Source of the DNA: Rhizobium phage RHph_TM29
DNA length: 24,000 nucleotides
Sequence record: MN988463.1
Reading direction: 5' to 3' (one strand)
Part shown: piece by piece, positions 1 to 7,722 of the stretch
Layout: every line of letters starts with the position of its first letter
How positions within the stretch are numbered: the stretch's first letter is position 1
Translations under genes and position numbers: made by a program
Notes under the pieces: model-generated
The model's database searches: none
What the model saw: the letters and a program-made list of their open reading frames with translations, nothing else
Told to the model about the DNA's origin: nothing

Positions 1-312
1 GTATCTCTTTCCGAGACGCTTGGACCACGCCACCGACGACGCACCCCAACTTAGGACTTCTTTTTCCTTCTTCTTGTCTGCCATCTTCATCCGGGTTTTT
101 GCCTCCCGGAGCGTTATCTCCTCCCCTTTCCTGTTGAAATAGCGGGTGAAATTTGTCTGCACTCCCCCGTGTACGCCATCCTCTCTCTTAACAAACATAC
201 ATGCTTCCCGATCCCACACGGCATCAAGAAGCATACCAATGGCTTGCAGCTTTTTCTTCCCATTCACCCGGCCCGGCTTGGGAAGCCCAAATGGTCTATG
301 CATCCTACCCAT
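1..312 (-). CDS. Partial ORF running off the left edge; divergent member of the AMLLG-motif small-protein family
   Basis: Manual reverse-strand translation: MGRMHRPFGLPKPGRVNGKKKLQAIGMLLDAVWDREACMFVKREDGVHGGVQTNFTRYFNRKGEEITLREAKTR...; start overlaps the stop of the upstream gene (TGATG). Not in the supplied ORF track. Confidence 0.55.
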   Translation of the reverse strand, partial: MGRMHRPFGLPKPGRVNGKKKLQAIGMLLDAVWDREACMFVKREDGVHGGVQTNFTRYFNRKGEEITLREAKTRMKMADKKKEKEVLSWGASSVAWSKRLGKRY

Positions 313-599
313 CACCACGGTCTCCTGAATACCTGCGATCTGATATCCCAATCATCCATCAACTCCACCCCCTTGCAGTCCCACACCCGGTCGCCGGGGC
401 TGTCCTGCGTGCCAGCTTTAACGAACACATTGGCAGTTCGGTTATACTCGGCACCGAGGAGCATTTCCATGGCTTTGGCGCGCTCCAGCCATGCCCTCTC
501 CTCCTTCACCCACCGGTCTTTCATCACCGCCTTGTATTTCCGCTCTTTCTCATAATTCTGGTTGCGTAACTCATGAATTCGTTGACGTGTCAGGCCCAT
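312..599 (-). CDS. AMLLG-motif small protein
   Basis: ORF contains ERAKAMEMLLGAEYNRTANVFVKAG..., same motif as many neighbours. Confidence 0.7.
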   Translation of the reverse strand: MGLTRQRIHELRNQNYEKERKYKAVMKDRWVKEERAWLERAKAMEMLLGAEYNRTANVFVKAGTQDSPGDRVWDCKGVELMDDWDIRSQVFRRPW

Positions 600-801
600 A
601 GCCCCTCCTAGTCACCCTCTGGAAATAGCCAGATATTCTCGTTGCAGCCTCCCCGGAAGATATCTCCACGCCCTCATGGTCAAAATATATTGTGGATGCA
701 CCGCGCCCCGCACGCCGGATAAAATAGCTGCCAATTCTTATAAACTCGGCACCAAGCAGCATCTCCATCGCCCGTATCTCTTCAGCTGTTTTCATCGCCA
801 T
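571..801 (-). CDS. AMLLG-motif small protein
   Basis: MAMKTAEEIRAMEMLLGAEFIRIGSYFIRRAGRG...; start chosen at an internal Met because upstream residues overlap the neighbouring gene. Confidence 0.65.
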   Translation of the reverse strand: MAMKTAEEIRAMEMLLGAEFIRIGSYFIRRAGRGASTIYFDHEGVEISSGEAATRISGYFQRVTRRGYGPDTSTNS

Positions 802-1330
802 CGTCCGTTGGGGTGAAAGTAAGCTCATGCGTGCCGCCCAAGTCGCGCTCCACCACCCACTCACGCACCCGGTCCAAGCGCTCCAGCAGCCACTCCCTAT
901 CCCCCTCCGTGCGGATATCGAGCCACGTCATGCCATTACCATCGGGCTTGGAATAGGCACTGACAAAAAACACCCCCTCCCCGTCGTTCCAATCATTGAG
1001 GGTTTTGAACACGCGACGGCGAGACAGGCTTTCATCAGCATAGTAGTGGACGTCCACCGTGGCATTGTCCCACTCCTCCACCTTTGACCGGTCAGCTGGC
1101 AGGCGCGGAATGAGCTTGCGCCATTTCTCCCAGTCATCACTATCCGGCTCGCACCCGCACACCTCCGTCTCGCATGCAGAGCATTTGATGCGACCACCGG
1201 CCAGCAACTGGAAAGTGCGTGCACGGCACTCGCCACACACAAATACGTACTCCTCATCGTCCGGTGGTTCGGGCGGCTTGTTACCTCGAAAAGTAACCAC
1301 GTTATCCGTCATTTTTGTGCCTTCCAACAA
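782..1330 (-). CDS. Hypothetical protein with N-terminal zinc-ribbon-like cysteines
   Basis: CGECRARTF...IKCSACETEVCGC pattern; true start may be internal Met7. Confidence 0.7.
   Translation of the reverse strand: MLEGTKMTDNVVTFRGNKPPEPPDDEEYVFVCGECRARTFQLLAGGRIKCSACETEVCGCEPDSDDWEKWRKLIPRLPADRSKVEEWDNATVDVHYYADESLSRRRVFKTLNDWNDGEGVFFVSAYSKPDGNGMTWLDIRTEGDREWLLERLDRVREWVVERDLGGTHELTFTPTDDGDENS
1280..1297. repeat. Dispersed dyad, copy 1
   Basis: GTTACCTCGAAAAGTAAC, within CDS. Confidence 0.85.
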
Positions 1331-1595
1331 AATGTCTATGTGTCATCCCACCAAGCATATCGTACCCGGTATTCCTGCATTGCAGGCAGGCGGTAGTGCG
1401 AAACAGCCCACTATTCACTCCAGTGCCGACACAACACGAGCATATGATGGGTTGGATATCGCCCAACAACATGGCGACAGCAATTATTTCCTCCCGGTAT
1501 GCACACAACCCATCGGACCATGGGTTCGGGTTGCGCTCAAGCAACTCTCCTATGGTTCCAGACCTGCGGCTGAAAAGAAGGTTGCTGAGGCTCAT
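1302..1595 (-). CDS. AMLLG-motif protein fused to DnaJ-type CxxCxGxG-like zinc motif
   Basis: REEIIAVAMLLGDIQPIICSCCVGTG...CLQCRNTGYDMLGG; overlaps next gene by ATGA-type coupling. Confidence 0.6.
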   Translation of the reverse strand: MSLSNLLFSRRSGTIGELLERNPNPWSDGLCAYREEIIAVAMLLGDIQPIICSCCVGTGVNSGLFRTTACLQCRNTGYDMLGGMTHRHFVGRHKNDG

Positions 1596-1780
1596 TTATT
1601 CATACCGATCCAGTCGTCAATCAATGGCTTCACAGTGCCGGTGATGAGCGGAGCGAGGATGAAGAGAGGGATGGCGACGGCAAAGAAGAGAGCGATGGGC
1701 ATGAGCACCCACTCAAGCGCCGTGTCCGGTATGAAGTCACCATCGGCTATGTGCGCAAAAAGGCTCTTGTGGCTCATCAC
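1592..1780 (-). CDS. Small single-pass or hairpin membrane protein
   Basis: Hydrophobic stretch VLMPIALFFAVAIPLFILAPLITG. Confidence 0.55.
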   Translation of the reverse strand: MMSHKSLFAHIADGDFIPDTALEWVLMPIALFFAVAIPLFILAPLITGTVKPLIDDWIGMNK

Positions 1781-1971
1781 TTCTGCTCCCGTGAATGTTG
1801 TTCATCAGAGACGGCACGCGCCAGTCGTTCTTCAAGGTCTGGTGCCGTCCATTGCTTCTGGTTATCGGTCAGGGGAGGGTGATAGTTTGCCCCGCATCCC
1901 ACCGATGCTGCCAGTATCATAGCACAGATGAAGAGGATGGACAGTATGAGGATGATGCGGGGGATGTTCAT
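1777..1971 (-). CDS. Small putative lipoprotein
   Basis: N-terminal hydrophobic segment followed by lipobox-like SVGC (MNIPRIILILSILFICAMILAASVGCG). Confidence 0.6.
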   Translation of the reverse strand: MNIPRIILILSILFICAMILAASVGCGANYHPPLTDNQKQWTAPDLEERLARAVSDEQHSREQK

Positions 1972-1998
1972 TTTTAGTTTCCGGGTTGCGGTCTTTTT

Positions 1999-2027
1999 AA
2001 TATAGGGGGTTGTGATGGTGTTGTCAA
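1999..2027 (-). promoter_or_regulatory. Sigma70-type promoter for the leftward operon
   Basis: Reverse strand TTGACA - 17 nt - TATATT, 28 nt upstream of the leftmost-reading first gene. Confidence 0.7.
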
Positions 2028-2124
2028 GAGGTAGTTTTATGGTTTTACAGGCTACATATTTTTGAAACGCCTAAAGGCCCCCGCCGGGGGGTACCCCCTA
2101 GGCCAGATGGGGGGTGGGGGAGGG

Positions 2125-2142
2125 GGTACCTCTGAAGGTAAC
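2125..2142. repeat. Dispersed dyad, copy 2
   Basis: GGTACCTCTGAAGGTAAC. Confidence 0.8.
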
Positions 2143-2361
2143 TCCCATTCCCTAGAGTGTAGGAAGTGGACGGCGACGATGGGCTCGCTAGGGAATGGTA
2201 GGCGGTGGCCTAAGCTCTTTGACATCGTGAATAGGGGAACCTTCAGGGAACGGGTGTATCTGGCCACCCTTATAAGATCAGATTGACGACTAGGGCGCAA
2301 TCCCTACGGTTAAACCATCGAACGCGGTGACAAGGTTTAGCTATGGGATTGTCTGGAAGGG

Positions 2362-2379
2362 GTTACTTTAGATGGTAAC
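2362..2379. repeat. Dispersed dyad, copy 3
   Basis: GTTACTTTAGATGGTAAC. Confidence 0.8.
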
Positions 2380-2603
2380 CTAGCCTGAACGTTAGAAAGG
2401 ATGAGCCTTTGGGCCGCGCAAATGCGGAAGTAGGGTGTCTTAACTTTCTAATGTATGTCACGCTCCGCGCTGAGGCAATGCCAAGCTTGCGCAATGAGAT
2501 GCTAGGACCCTTAACCGTGAATAGGCATGGGCGTGTCAACTGTCGATACCCGTGTCAGAGGCGGAAGGCGTAGGTTCCAGATACGCAAATGCAATGGTTT
2601 TAG

Positions 2604-2625
2604 GCTAGCGGCTAACCCCGCTAGC
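2604..2625 (+). promoter_or_regulatory. Perfect 8-bp hairpin in the divergent leader
   Basis: GCTAGCGG-ctaacc-CCGCTAGC; no following U-tract. Confidence 0.5.
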
Positions 2626-2651
2626 TCATCAACCATTGAAAGGAGACACCA

Positions 2652-2759
2652 ATGAAGTGGTTGAACTGGTCCACCCGCCGCGTCGGTGGGCTTCGCTTTA
2701 TCAAGATTGGGCGGATTAATATCTCTTTTTCCATATCAAGAGAGTTTCGCCCCTTGTAA
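2652..2759 (+). CDS. Micro-ORF, 35 aa
   Basis: GAAAGGAG Shine-Dalgarno, ATG, MKWLNWSTRRVGGLRFIKIGRINISFSISREFRPL*. Confidence 0.4.
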   Translation: MKWLNWSTRRVGGLRFIKIGRINISFSISREFRPL

Positions 2760-2769
2760 ATTGCAGTGC

Positions 2770-2787
2770 ATTACCTCATAAAGTAAC
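2770..2787. repeat. Dispersed dyad, copy 4
   Basis: ATTACCTCATAAAGTAAC. Confidence 0.75.
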
Positions 2788-2821
2788 TCGCCACTTGGCG
2801 CTAACCCACAAGGAGAATGAA

Positions 2822-3550
2822 ATGTCTGAAGTTGAAAACACCGTTGCCGAAACTCCGGCCCACCTGAAGAACGACAAGCGTTTTGGTGACCTTATGAAGC
2901 AGGTCACCAAGTTTGGCGAAGAAGCCTCGCTTGGCCGGGACAGCCTGCCGAAGTTGGCGCTCGCTGTCGTCCACGCCGCGTCCGATGGTGTGCTCGATCT
3001 GGAGACGAAGGACAGCAAGGGCAACGACGCCGCCGCACAAATCTACGAGAAGTACGCGGCGGCTGAAAGCAAGAAGGCCATCCATGAGCACTCTGCCGGT
3101 GGCAAGAAGGCGAACATTTCCAAGCTTCGCCAGCTTATCGGAATGGGCTGCATGACGACCATCGACGCAAAGGTGGTGATGCAGGACGCCTATGACGCCC
3201 GTGAAGGTATGAAGCGGGAAGAAGGCGTTAAGGTCAAGTCGGCCTATGCCTTCTACGTGGACGTCGCCCGTGAGCAGTTGAAGTCCAAGGCACCGCTCGA
3301 CAAGCGGGCGCTGGAAGAACTGGCTTGCAAGGAGGAGCCCAAGGCCAAGGAACTGGAAGCCGAACTGAAGCGCGTCCATAAAATTCTCGAAGGTCTGGTG
3401 ACCGGCGAGAACAGGGATAAGCTTCGCGACGCCGACGAACTGACCGAAGCCGCCATGCATGCCATCAAGGAACGTCTCGACAAGATGGCAACGCTCCGGC
3501 TTCGCGATGAATACCTGAAGCGCGCTGCCGCTCTCGGTATTCAGGTCTAA
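2822..3550 (+). CDS. Hypothetical early phage protein, alpha-helical
   Basis: AAGGAG upstream of ATG 2822 (MSEVENTVAETPAHLKNDKRFG...); followed by a terminator. Confidence 0.8.
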   Translation: MSEVENTVAETPAHLKNDKRFGDLMKQVTKFGEEASLGRDSLPKLALAVVHAASDGVLDLETKDSKGNDAAAQIYEKYAAAESKKAIHEHSAGGKKANISKLRQLIGMGCMTTIDAKVVMQDAYDAREGMKREEGVKVKSAYAFYVDVAREQLKSKAPLDKRALEELACKEEPKAKELEAELKRVHKILEGLVTGENRDKLRDADELTEAAMHAIKERLDKMATLRLRDEYLKRAAALGIQV

Positions 3551-3579
3551 CCATCGCACCATCTGATGGTCATATCGAG

Positions 3580-3604
3580 CCCCGGCCTAACCAGCCGGGG
3601 TTTT
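3580..3604 (+). terminator. Rho-independent terminator
   Basis: CCCCGGC-ctaacca-GCCGGGG followed by TTTT. Confidence 0.85.
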
Positions 3605-3626
3605 ATTATGCTCATCTTTCTGCCGT

Positions 3627-3644
3627 GTAACCTTGGGAGGTAAC
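3627..3644. repeat. Dispersed dyad, copy 5
   Basis: GTAACCTTGGGAGGTAAC, overlays SD of ATG 3650. Confidence 0.85.
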
Positions 3645-3649
3645 TAGTC

Positions 3650-3805
3650 ATGGCATATTACCACGAAGGCATTGATGCAAAGTGGCGTGGCGAGAGCATA
3701 TGGCGCTGCCCGTATAAAGTCGGCACAGCAGGCTATGCCTATTGGTGCCGTGGTTGGGTCGATGCTTTGGCAGCGGCCAGCCGTAGTGTGCTGCTAGTAG
3801 AATAA
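3650..3805 (+). CDS. Ribosome modulation factor (RMF)-like micro-protein, 51 aa
   Basis: MAYYHEGIDAKWRGESIWRCPYKVGTAGYAYWCRGWVDALAAASRSVLLVE*; G..A...G.S...CPY...W..GW..A pattern resembles RMF family; GGGAGG SD. Below the 60-aa ORF cutoff of the track. Confidence 0.6.
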   Translation: MAYYHEGIDAKWRGESIWRCPYKVGTAGYAYWCRGWVDALAAASRSVLLVE

Positions 3806-4107
3806 TATTCTACTCGTTAAGCGTTCTGTTGTGCTATGTTGCGCAAAATTATACCCCAAATCCGTGGGGTGTAATAATATAACATCAATGAAATCAATGG
3901 CTTAGCTCCCATTAAGCGCGCACTCATAACGGCGCATGGGTGGCCGGTGCCGTGGTTTGCCGAGATTATGGAACTGGTGCGGCGCAGGTTGTGCTCGGTA
4001 GTAGGTCGGCACCCAGCTTTTTCTTCTTAATTTAATAATTATGATATATAATGATATTAGATTTACATACATATTTCATGTTCCCGGAGCTTGGCGAATT
4101 TTGAAAC

Positions 4108-4119
4108 GGGAACGTTCCC
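4108..4119. repeat. Perfect 12-bp palindrome
   Basis: GGGAACGTTCCC. Confidence 0.6.
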
Positions 4120-4577
4120 ACGCGTGACCATCAAACCATCTGCCGCTAATCCCGCCCAAAAGTAAGGGGGTATCTAAAAAAATATGTTTCTATATTACTC
4201 AAAACGGCCTAACCCATTGATTTTAAAGGCCCGTAAATCATTACAGTCATAATTAATTTATGATTTACCCTGCAAAATAGTAGAACATACAAACATATTA
4301 TTACAACCCCATTCATAATTAAACGCGGCTCGGCCCACATTTTGACGGGAAAACACACATAATTTAATATGAATATTAATAATGACATTACAATGATAAG
4401 CAAAACATTAGATTTATGACATTGTAACCAGTGAATATATGTGTAAACAAATGTCATTATAATTTCATAAATCAGAACCACAATATATAGGCCAGACACG
4501 CCGCAAGCACAACCTTGGTGCCGTTCATTACAACCGATGGTATGTATTGACATAGGTAGCGAGCAGGTATATATGAG

Positions 4578-4595
4578 GTTACCAATGAAGGTAAC
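4578..4595. repeat. Dispersed dyad, copy 6
   Basis: GTTACCAATGAAGGTAAC. Confidence 0.85.
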
Positions 4596-4637
4596 TCAAC
4601 TGAGAACCAAAGGGCGCGTGCCGCCGGAGTATGCCAG

Positions 4638-4955
4638 ATGCAGGACGAGAAATACCATAAGCTGTTTGCTGTCTTCTACCATATGAACACGGCAGAGGAC
4701 GGGCACCAGTTTTATAAAGAGGCAACCGGCGCGCATGCCATGCTGATTATCAAAATAAATGGGGCACAACAGCCGGGCCACAGGAACCACCACCTTAAAG
4801 CTATCGGGCATGCGGAGCAGCATCAGTTCGATGGGTACCGCCTTGCACGTGGGCGGATGAGCGATCCATTCTTCCTCACAGCTGCGGTGAAGCCGGTGAT
4901 ATATAATGACGACGGCATTGCTGGCATTGAGAGTAACCTCGAACCATCACGGTAA
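4638..4955 (+). CDS. Hypothetical protein
   Basis: Open frame with upstream GGAG; no recognised domain; antisense ORF 4596..4823 considered less likely. Confidence 0.45.
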   Translation: MQDEKYHKLFAVFYHMNTAEDGHQFYKEATGAHAMLIIKINGAQQPGHRNHHLKAIGHAEQHQFDGYRLARGRMSDPFFLTAAVKPVIYNDDGIAGIESNLEPSR

Positions 4956-4957
4956 CT

Positions 4958-4975
4958 GTTACTTTAGGAGGTAAT
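4958..4975. repeat. Dispersed dyad, copy 7
   Basis: GTTACTTTAGGAGGTAAT, overlays SD of ATG 4977. Confidence 0.8.
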
Positions 4976-4976
4976 A

Positions 4977-5105
4977 ATGAGCAGCTTTTACGCCGATCAC
5001 CCGTACCTCACAGCCATTGCCGTGGTGTACGCCATCATCGTGCTTGTGTATTGCTTCGCAGTGGAGCATCTTACGGAGGACGACGAGGATGGGAGGTACG
5101 ACTAA
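4977..5105 (+). CDS. Small membrane protein, 42 aa
   Basis: MSSFYADHPYLTAIAVVYAIIVLVYCFAVEHLTEDDEDGRYD*; SD AGGAGG in a palindrome right arm; TAATG coupling to next gene. Confidence 0.6.
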   Translation: MSSFYADHPYLTAIAVVYAIIVLVYCFAVEHLTEDDEDGRYD

Positions 5106-5356
5106 TGACACACGAAGAGTTCATGCAGCACCAGTGCAAGCTGGCGAAACACTATGGCGGGCATGTCACTGCTGTTGTGGTAATCAACAAGGATAAAAGC
5201 CGGTCAAGCAAACTGGTGATGGTCACCGGACCATATGACCGTGAGAAGATGGACGCAACAAACGCGTACTATTTATCACGCCCACATCCACTAAACTTTG
5301 CATACCGCGTCAACATCAAGCTAAAGCCCCTGCCGAAATACGAAGGCATGAAATGA
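5105..5356 (+). CDS. Hypothetical protein
   Basis: MTHEEFMQHQCKLAKHYGGHVTAVVVINKD...; start coupled to previous stop. Confidence 0.65.
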   Translation: MTHEEFMQHQCKLAKHYGGHVTAVVVINKDKSRSSKLVMVTGPYDREKMDATNAYYLSRPHPLNFAYRVNIKLKPLPKYEGMK

Positions 5357-5367
5357 CAAGGCGAAGA

Positions 5368-5385
5368 GTTACCCCACAAAGTAAC
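5368..5385. repeat. Dispersed dyad, copy 8
   Basis: GTTACCCCACAAAGTAAC. Confidence 0.8.
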
Positions 5386-5433
5386 TCTTGTCCCGGTCAC
5401 TTCCGACCGCTAACAAGAGAAGGGCATACGCAT

Positions 5434-5967
5434 ATGAAGAAACTCTACATCCTTGCCGGGTTCGTCGCCCTGCTGTTCAGCGCGCACTCATCGTCCGCCG
5501 CACAGCTGCGCGAGTGCCGGTTCTATAACATCTTCAACGGACAGTTCAACTCCACCGACTGCAACGGCGGCTGGACATACGGCAGCACGTCTGCTGGGCC
5601 GGCGATGAAGCACAAGGGGCATGATGCTGCTCCATCCACGCCTTCCACTCCGAGCACGCCAAGCACCCCGACCGATCCCACGGACCCGACCGACCCGACC
5701 GGTCCTTGCTCCCCGCCGGATCATGGTCATGGTGGACACGGCGGCGGTCATGGGAACAACGGCGGCGGGCATGGGCATGGTCACCAGCACGACGACAACG
5801 GCCATGGCAACGATCCGGGCAACACCGACCCGAGCAACCCCGGCAATGGCGGCGGCAACCACGGCACCGGCAACAACGGCACCGGCAACAACGGTGGCGG
5901 GAACAATGGCGGTGGTAATGGCGGTGGTAATGGCGGCGGGCAGGGGGGTGGACACGGCCACAAGTAA
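5434..5967 (+). CDS. Secreted low-complexity protein with Pro/Thr repeats and a His/Gly/Asn-rich tail
   Basis: Signal peptide MKKLYILAGFVALLFSAHSSSAAQ, (STP)n(TDP)n, then GHGGHGGGHGNNGGGHGHGHQHDDNGHG... Confidence 0.7.
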   Translation: MKKLYILAGFVALLFSAHSSSAAQLRECRFYNIFNGQFNSTDCNGGWTYGSTSAGPAMKHKGHDAAPSTPSTPSTPSTPTDPTDPTDPTGPCSPPDHGHGGHGGGHGNNGGGHGHGHQHDDNGHGNDPGNTDPSNPGNGGGNHGTGNNGTGNNGGGNNGGGNGGGNGGGQGGGHGHK

Positions 5968-6073
5968 TTCGAATTGGCAGCGCTGACCACCCCCAGCGCT
6001 GACCAGTCTTCACGGCACCATCGGATGATTAGCCCCCTGATCCACCTTTGGTGCCGTGCGGAATGGCCAGCAA

Positions 6074-6091
6074 GTAACCTCAAGAGGTAAC
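6074..6091. repeat. Dispersed dyad, copy 9
   Basis: GTAACCTCAAGAGGTAAC, overlays SD of ATG 6094. Confidence 0.85.
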
Positions 6092-6093
6092 CA

Positions 6094-6309
6094 ATGGTTA
6101 TAAAGCAATTGACCAAGCTCAAGACCAACGAAGAATACAGGGCTACGGCTATGCTTCTTGGATGGGCATATTCAAGCACGTATCATGTGTTCGACCGCTT
6201 TCCTGATGATTTGGATGTATATGGTTGGGTCGATCCCGACACGCTTAATGAAATTAAAGATCGTAGGCTAGTGCCAGAAAGAAAAGGCGTATGGAAGGAT
6301 AAGGAATAA
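6094..6309 (+). CDS. AMLLG-motif small protein
   Basis: NEEYRATAMLLGWAYSSTYHVFDRF...VDPDTLNEI. Confidence 0.8.
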   Translation: MVIKQLTKLKTNEEYRATAMLLGWAYSSTYHVFDRFPDDLDVYGWVDPDTLNEIKDRRLVPERKGVWKDKE

Positions 6310-6566
6310 TGCCCCGCTCCCCCTACACCATCGAACAATTGAAAGCTATGGCGATGCTGCTCGGTGACGGGTGGTGGTATGACACGGAAGACCACATGTT
6401 CTGTCTGGAACGTGGGGAGTATATGATGGCTGAAAATTTAGACCCCGATACCATGGAACCCGTGTATGGCCCGATACCTGGAGTGGGTAATGCAGCAATA
6501 TACCATGCTCGCGCGGACAAGGTAACACGTGGCGAGCTTGGCGCTGCCGACTACCCCGAAAGGTAA
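6309..6566 (+). CDS. AMLLG-motif small protein
   Basis: IEQLKAMAMLLGDGWWYDTEDHMFCL...LDPDTMEPVY. Confidence 0.85.
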   Translation: MPRSPYTIEQLKAMAMLLGDGWWYDTEDHMFCLERGEYMMAENLDPDTMEPVYGPIPGVGNAAIYHARADKVTRGELGAADYPER

Positions 6567-6567
6567 C
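6550..6567. repeat. Dispersed dyad, copy 10 (degenerate left arm)
   Basis: ACTACCCCGAAAGGTAAC, overlays SD of ATG 6572. Confidence 0.6.
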
Positions 6568-6571
6568 ACCA

Positions 6572-6799
6572 ATGGCTAGGAGCACTAAGACGCGCGCTGA
6601 ATTCGAAGCTATGGCGATGTTGCTCGGGCTGGAGTACGACGCGCGTGACCATACGTTCACGATGTTTGGCGCTTCTGCCATGGTGACAGAGCATCTAATA
6701 CTATGTGCCGACACGTTGAAGCCGGTCAGCATAACGGACTTCAGTTACCGACAGACAAAGGTCAAGGAAGGAAGGTTAGGACCGGCAGATGACATATGA
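6572..6799 (+). CDS. AMLLG-motif small protein
   Basis: RAEFEAMAMLLGLEYDARDHTFTMF...LCADTLKPVS. Confidence 0.85.
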   Translation: MARSTKTRAEFEAMAMLLGLEYDARDHTFTMFGASAMVTEHLILCADTLKPVSITDFSYRQTKVKEGRLGPADDI

Positions 6800-7085
6800 C
6801 GACAAGCAATCGAAAGTCACCGTTATCTTCAACGATGGCGAGGTGAAGGAATACATTATCAGCGCCGGTCGTGGCGTAGCTGCGTACCTGTCTGCCGATG
6901 CCGGGCGCAACGGGGTGCTGACATTGTGGAACAAGGGCGCATCATATTGCATCCCCACCCATAGCATCCGGGAATGGATGATCGAGGAGTTACCTGCTGA
7001 GGTAACTGAAGCACCTGCACCTTCCTCCTCTATTCCGAGCAAGCGCAGGCGGCGCAAGAGGGCGGACGATGGCAAAGCTGGATGA
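6789..7085 (+). CDS. Hypothetical protein
   Basis: MTYDDKQSKVTVIFNDGEVKEYIISAGRG...; contains one dyad copy in frame. Confidence 0.7.
   Translation: MTYDDKQSKVTVIFNDGEVKEYIISAGRGVAAYLSADAGRNGVLTLWNKGASYCIPTHSIREWMIEELPAEVTEAPAPSSSIPSKRRRRKRADDGKAG
6989..7006. repeat. Dispersed dyad, copy 11
   Basis: GTTACCTGCTGAGGTAAC, perfect, within CDS. Confidence 0.95.
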
Positions 7086-7263
7086 ATACAACACAAAGGC
7101 GATGCTGCTCGGCGGGTATTACAACATAAACGCACACGCCATTGCCTATGTAGGCGAGGACAAGCGTGTGTATTGGCGCGATGCCGATACAATGCAGCAC
7201 TTGAATGCCCGGCAGGTAGAAGGGCGCATAATAACACACAATGCAGAGAAGGGGATGAAGTGA
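7069..7263 (+). CDS. AMLLG-motif small protein
   Basis: LDEYNTKAMLLGGYYNINAHAIAYVG...WRDADTMQHLN. Confidence 0.8.
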   Translation: MAKLDEYNTKAMLLGGYYNINAHAIAYVGEDKRVYWRDADTMQHLNARQVEGRIITHNAEKGMK

Positions 7264-7487
7264 TGGCATACGTTGCACGTTTCTACTCGCTGGAAACATG
7301 GGAAGTTGAGGAGAGCGGTGTTTACCCCACCATCGCAGCTGTGAAGGATGCGGCACAGGGCCGGGTATATACCTTGGAGGTAACGCACATCGAGCGCGTG
7401 CCGGGATGGTGCCGCGCACTCATGGAGTTTGCAGCGCTGGCGGTGTTCATGTCGGCGGTGGCTGCATGGGCGGTGGGTCTTGGCTAG
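7263..7487 (+). CDS. Hypothetical protein with C-terminal transmembrane segment
   Basis: MAYVARFYSLETWEVEESG...ALMEFAALAVFMSAVAAWAVGLG; ATG coupled to previous stop. Confidence 0.6.
   Translation: MAYVARFYSLETWEVEESGVYPTIAAVKDAAQGRVYTLEVTHIERVPGWCRALMEFAALAVFMSAVAAWAVGLG
7368..7384. repeat. Dispersed dyad, copy 12 (17 nt)
   Basis: TATACCTTGGAGGTAAC. Confidence 0.55.
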
Positions 7488-7722
7488 GGCTCGCAACCCA
7501 ACACGTGCTGAACATCTGGCGCGCGCCATGCTGATGGGGCTGGTATACCAGTGGAAATATGGGTACTACCACACACCAATGGGTATCAAGCCACGCCGCC
7601 GGTATGATGCATTGTCTCTTGAGTTAATAGATAATGACGAGTGTGCAAATCGGCAGGCGCACTGGAGGGCTGGCATGGGTGACAGGCCATATTACACGGA
7701 GCCACCAGATGAGGAGAAGTGA
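7480..7722 (+). CDS. AMLLG-motif small protein
   Basis: TTG start likely; TRAEHLARAMLMGLVYQWKYGYYH...YDALSLELI. Confidence 0.65.
   Translation: MARARNPTRAEHLARAMLMGLVYQWKYGYYHTPMGIKPRRRYDALSLELIDNDECANRQAHWRAGMGDRPYYTEPPDEEK

Noticed and set aside
146-569. Plus-strand ORFs 146..328, 169..555 and 201..569
   Set aside because: Antisense to the leftward operon whose members share the AMLLG motif and show start/stop coupling.
2219-2247. TTGACA at 2219 as a rightward promoter
   Set aside because: No acceptable -10 hexamer 16-18 nt downstream (TTCAGG).
4209-4553. Minus-strand 114-aa hydrophobic ORF
   Set aside because: Composition (I, L, Y, V rich) is what AT-rich DNA gives by chance; no clear SD; kept only as an open question.
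5488-6179. Several long ORFs overlapping the low-complexity secreted gene on both strands
   Set aside because: They are artefacts of GC-rich repeats (Ala/Val/Thr/Arg runs) opposite or out of frame with a signal-peptide-bearing gene.
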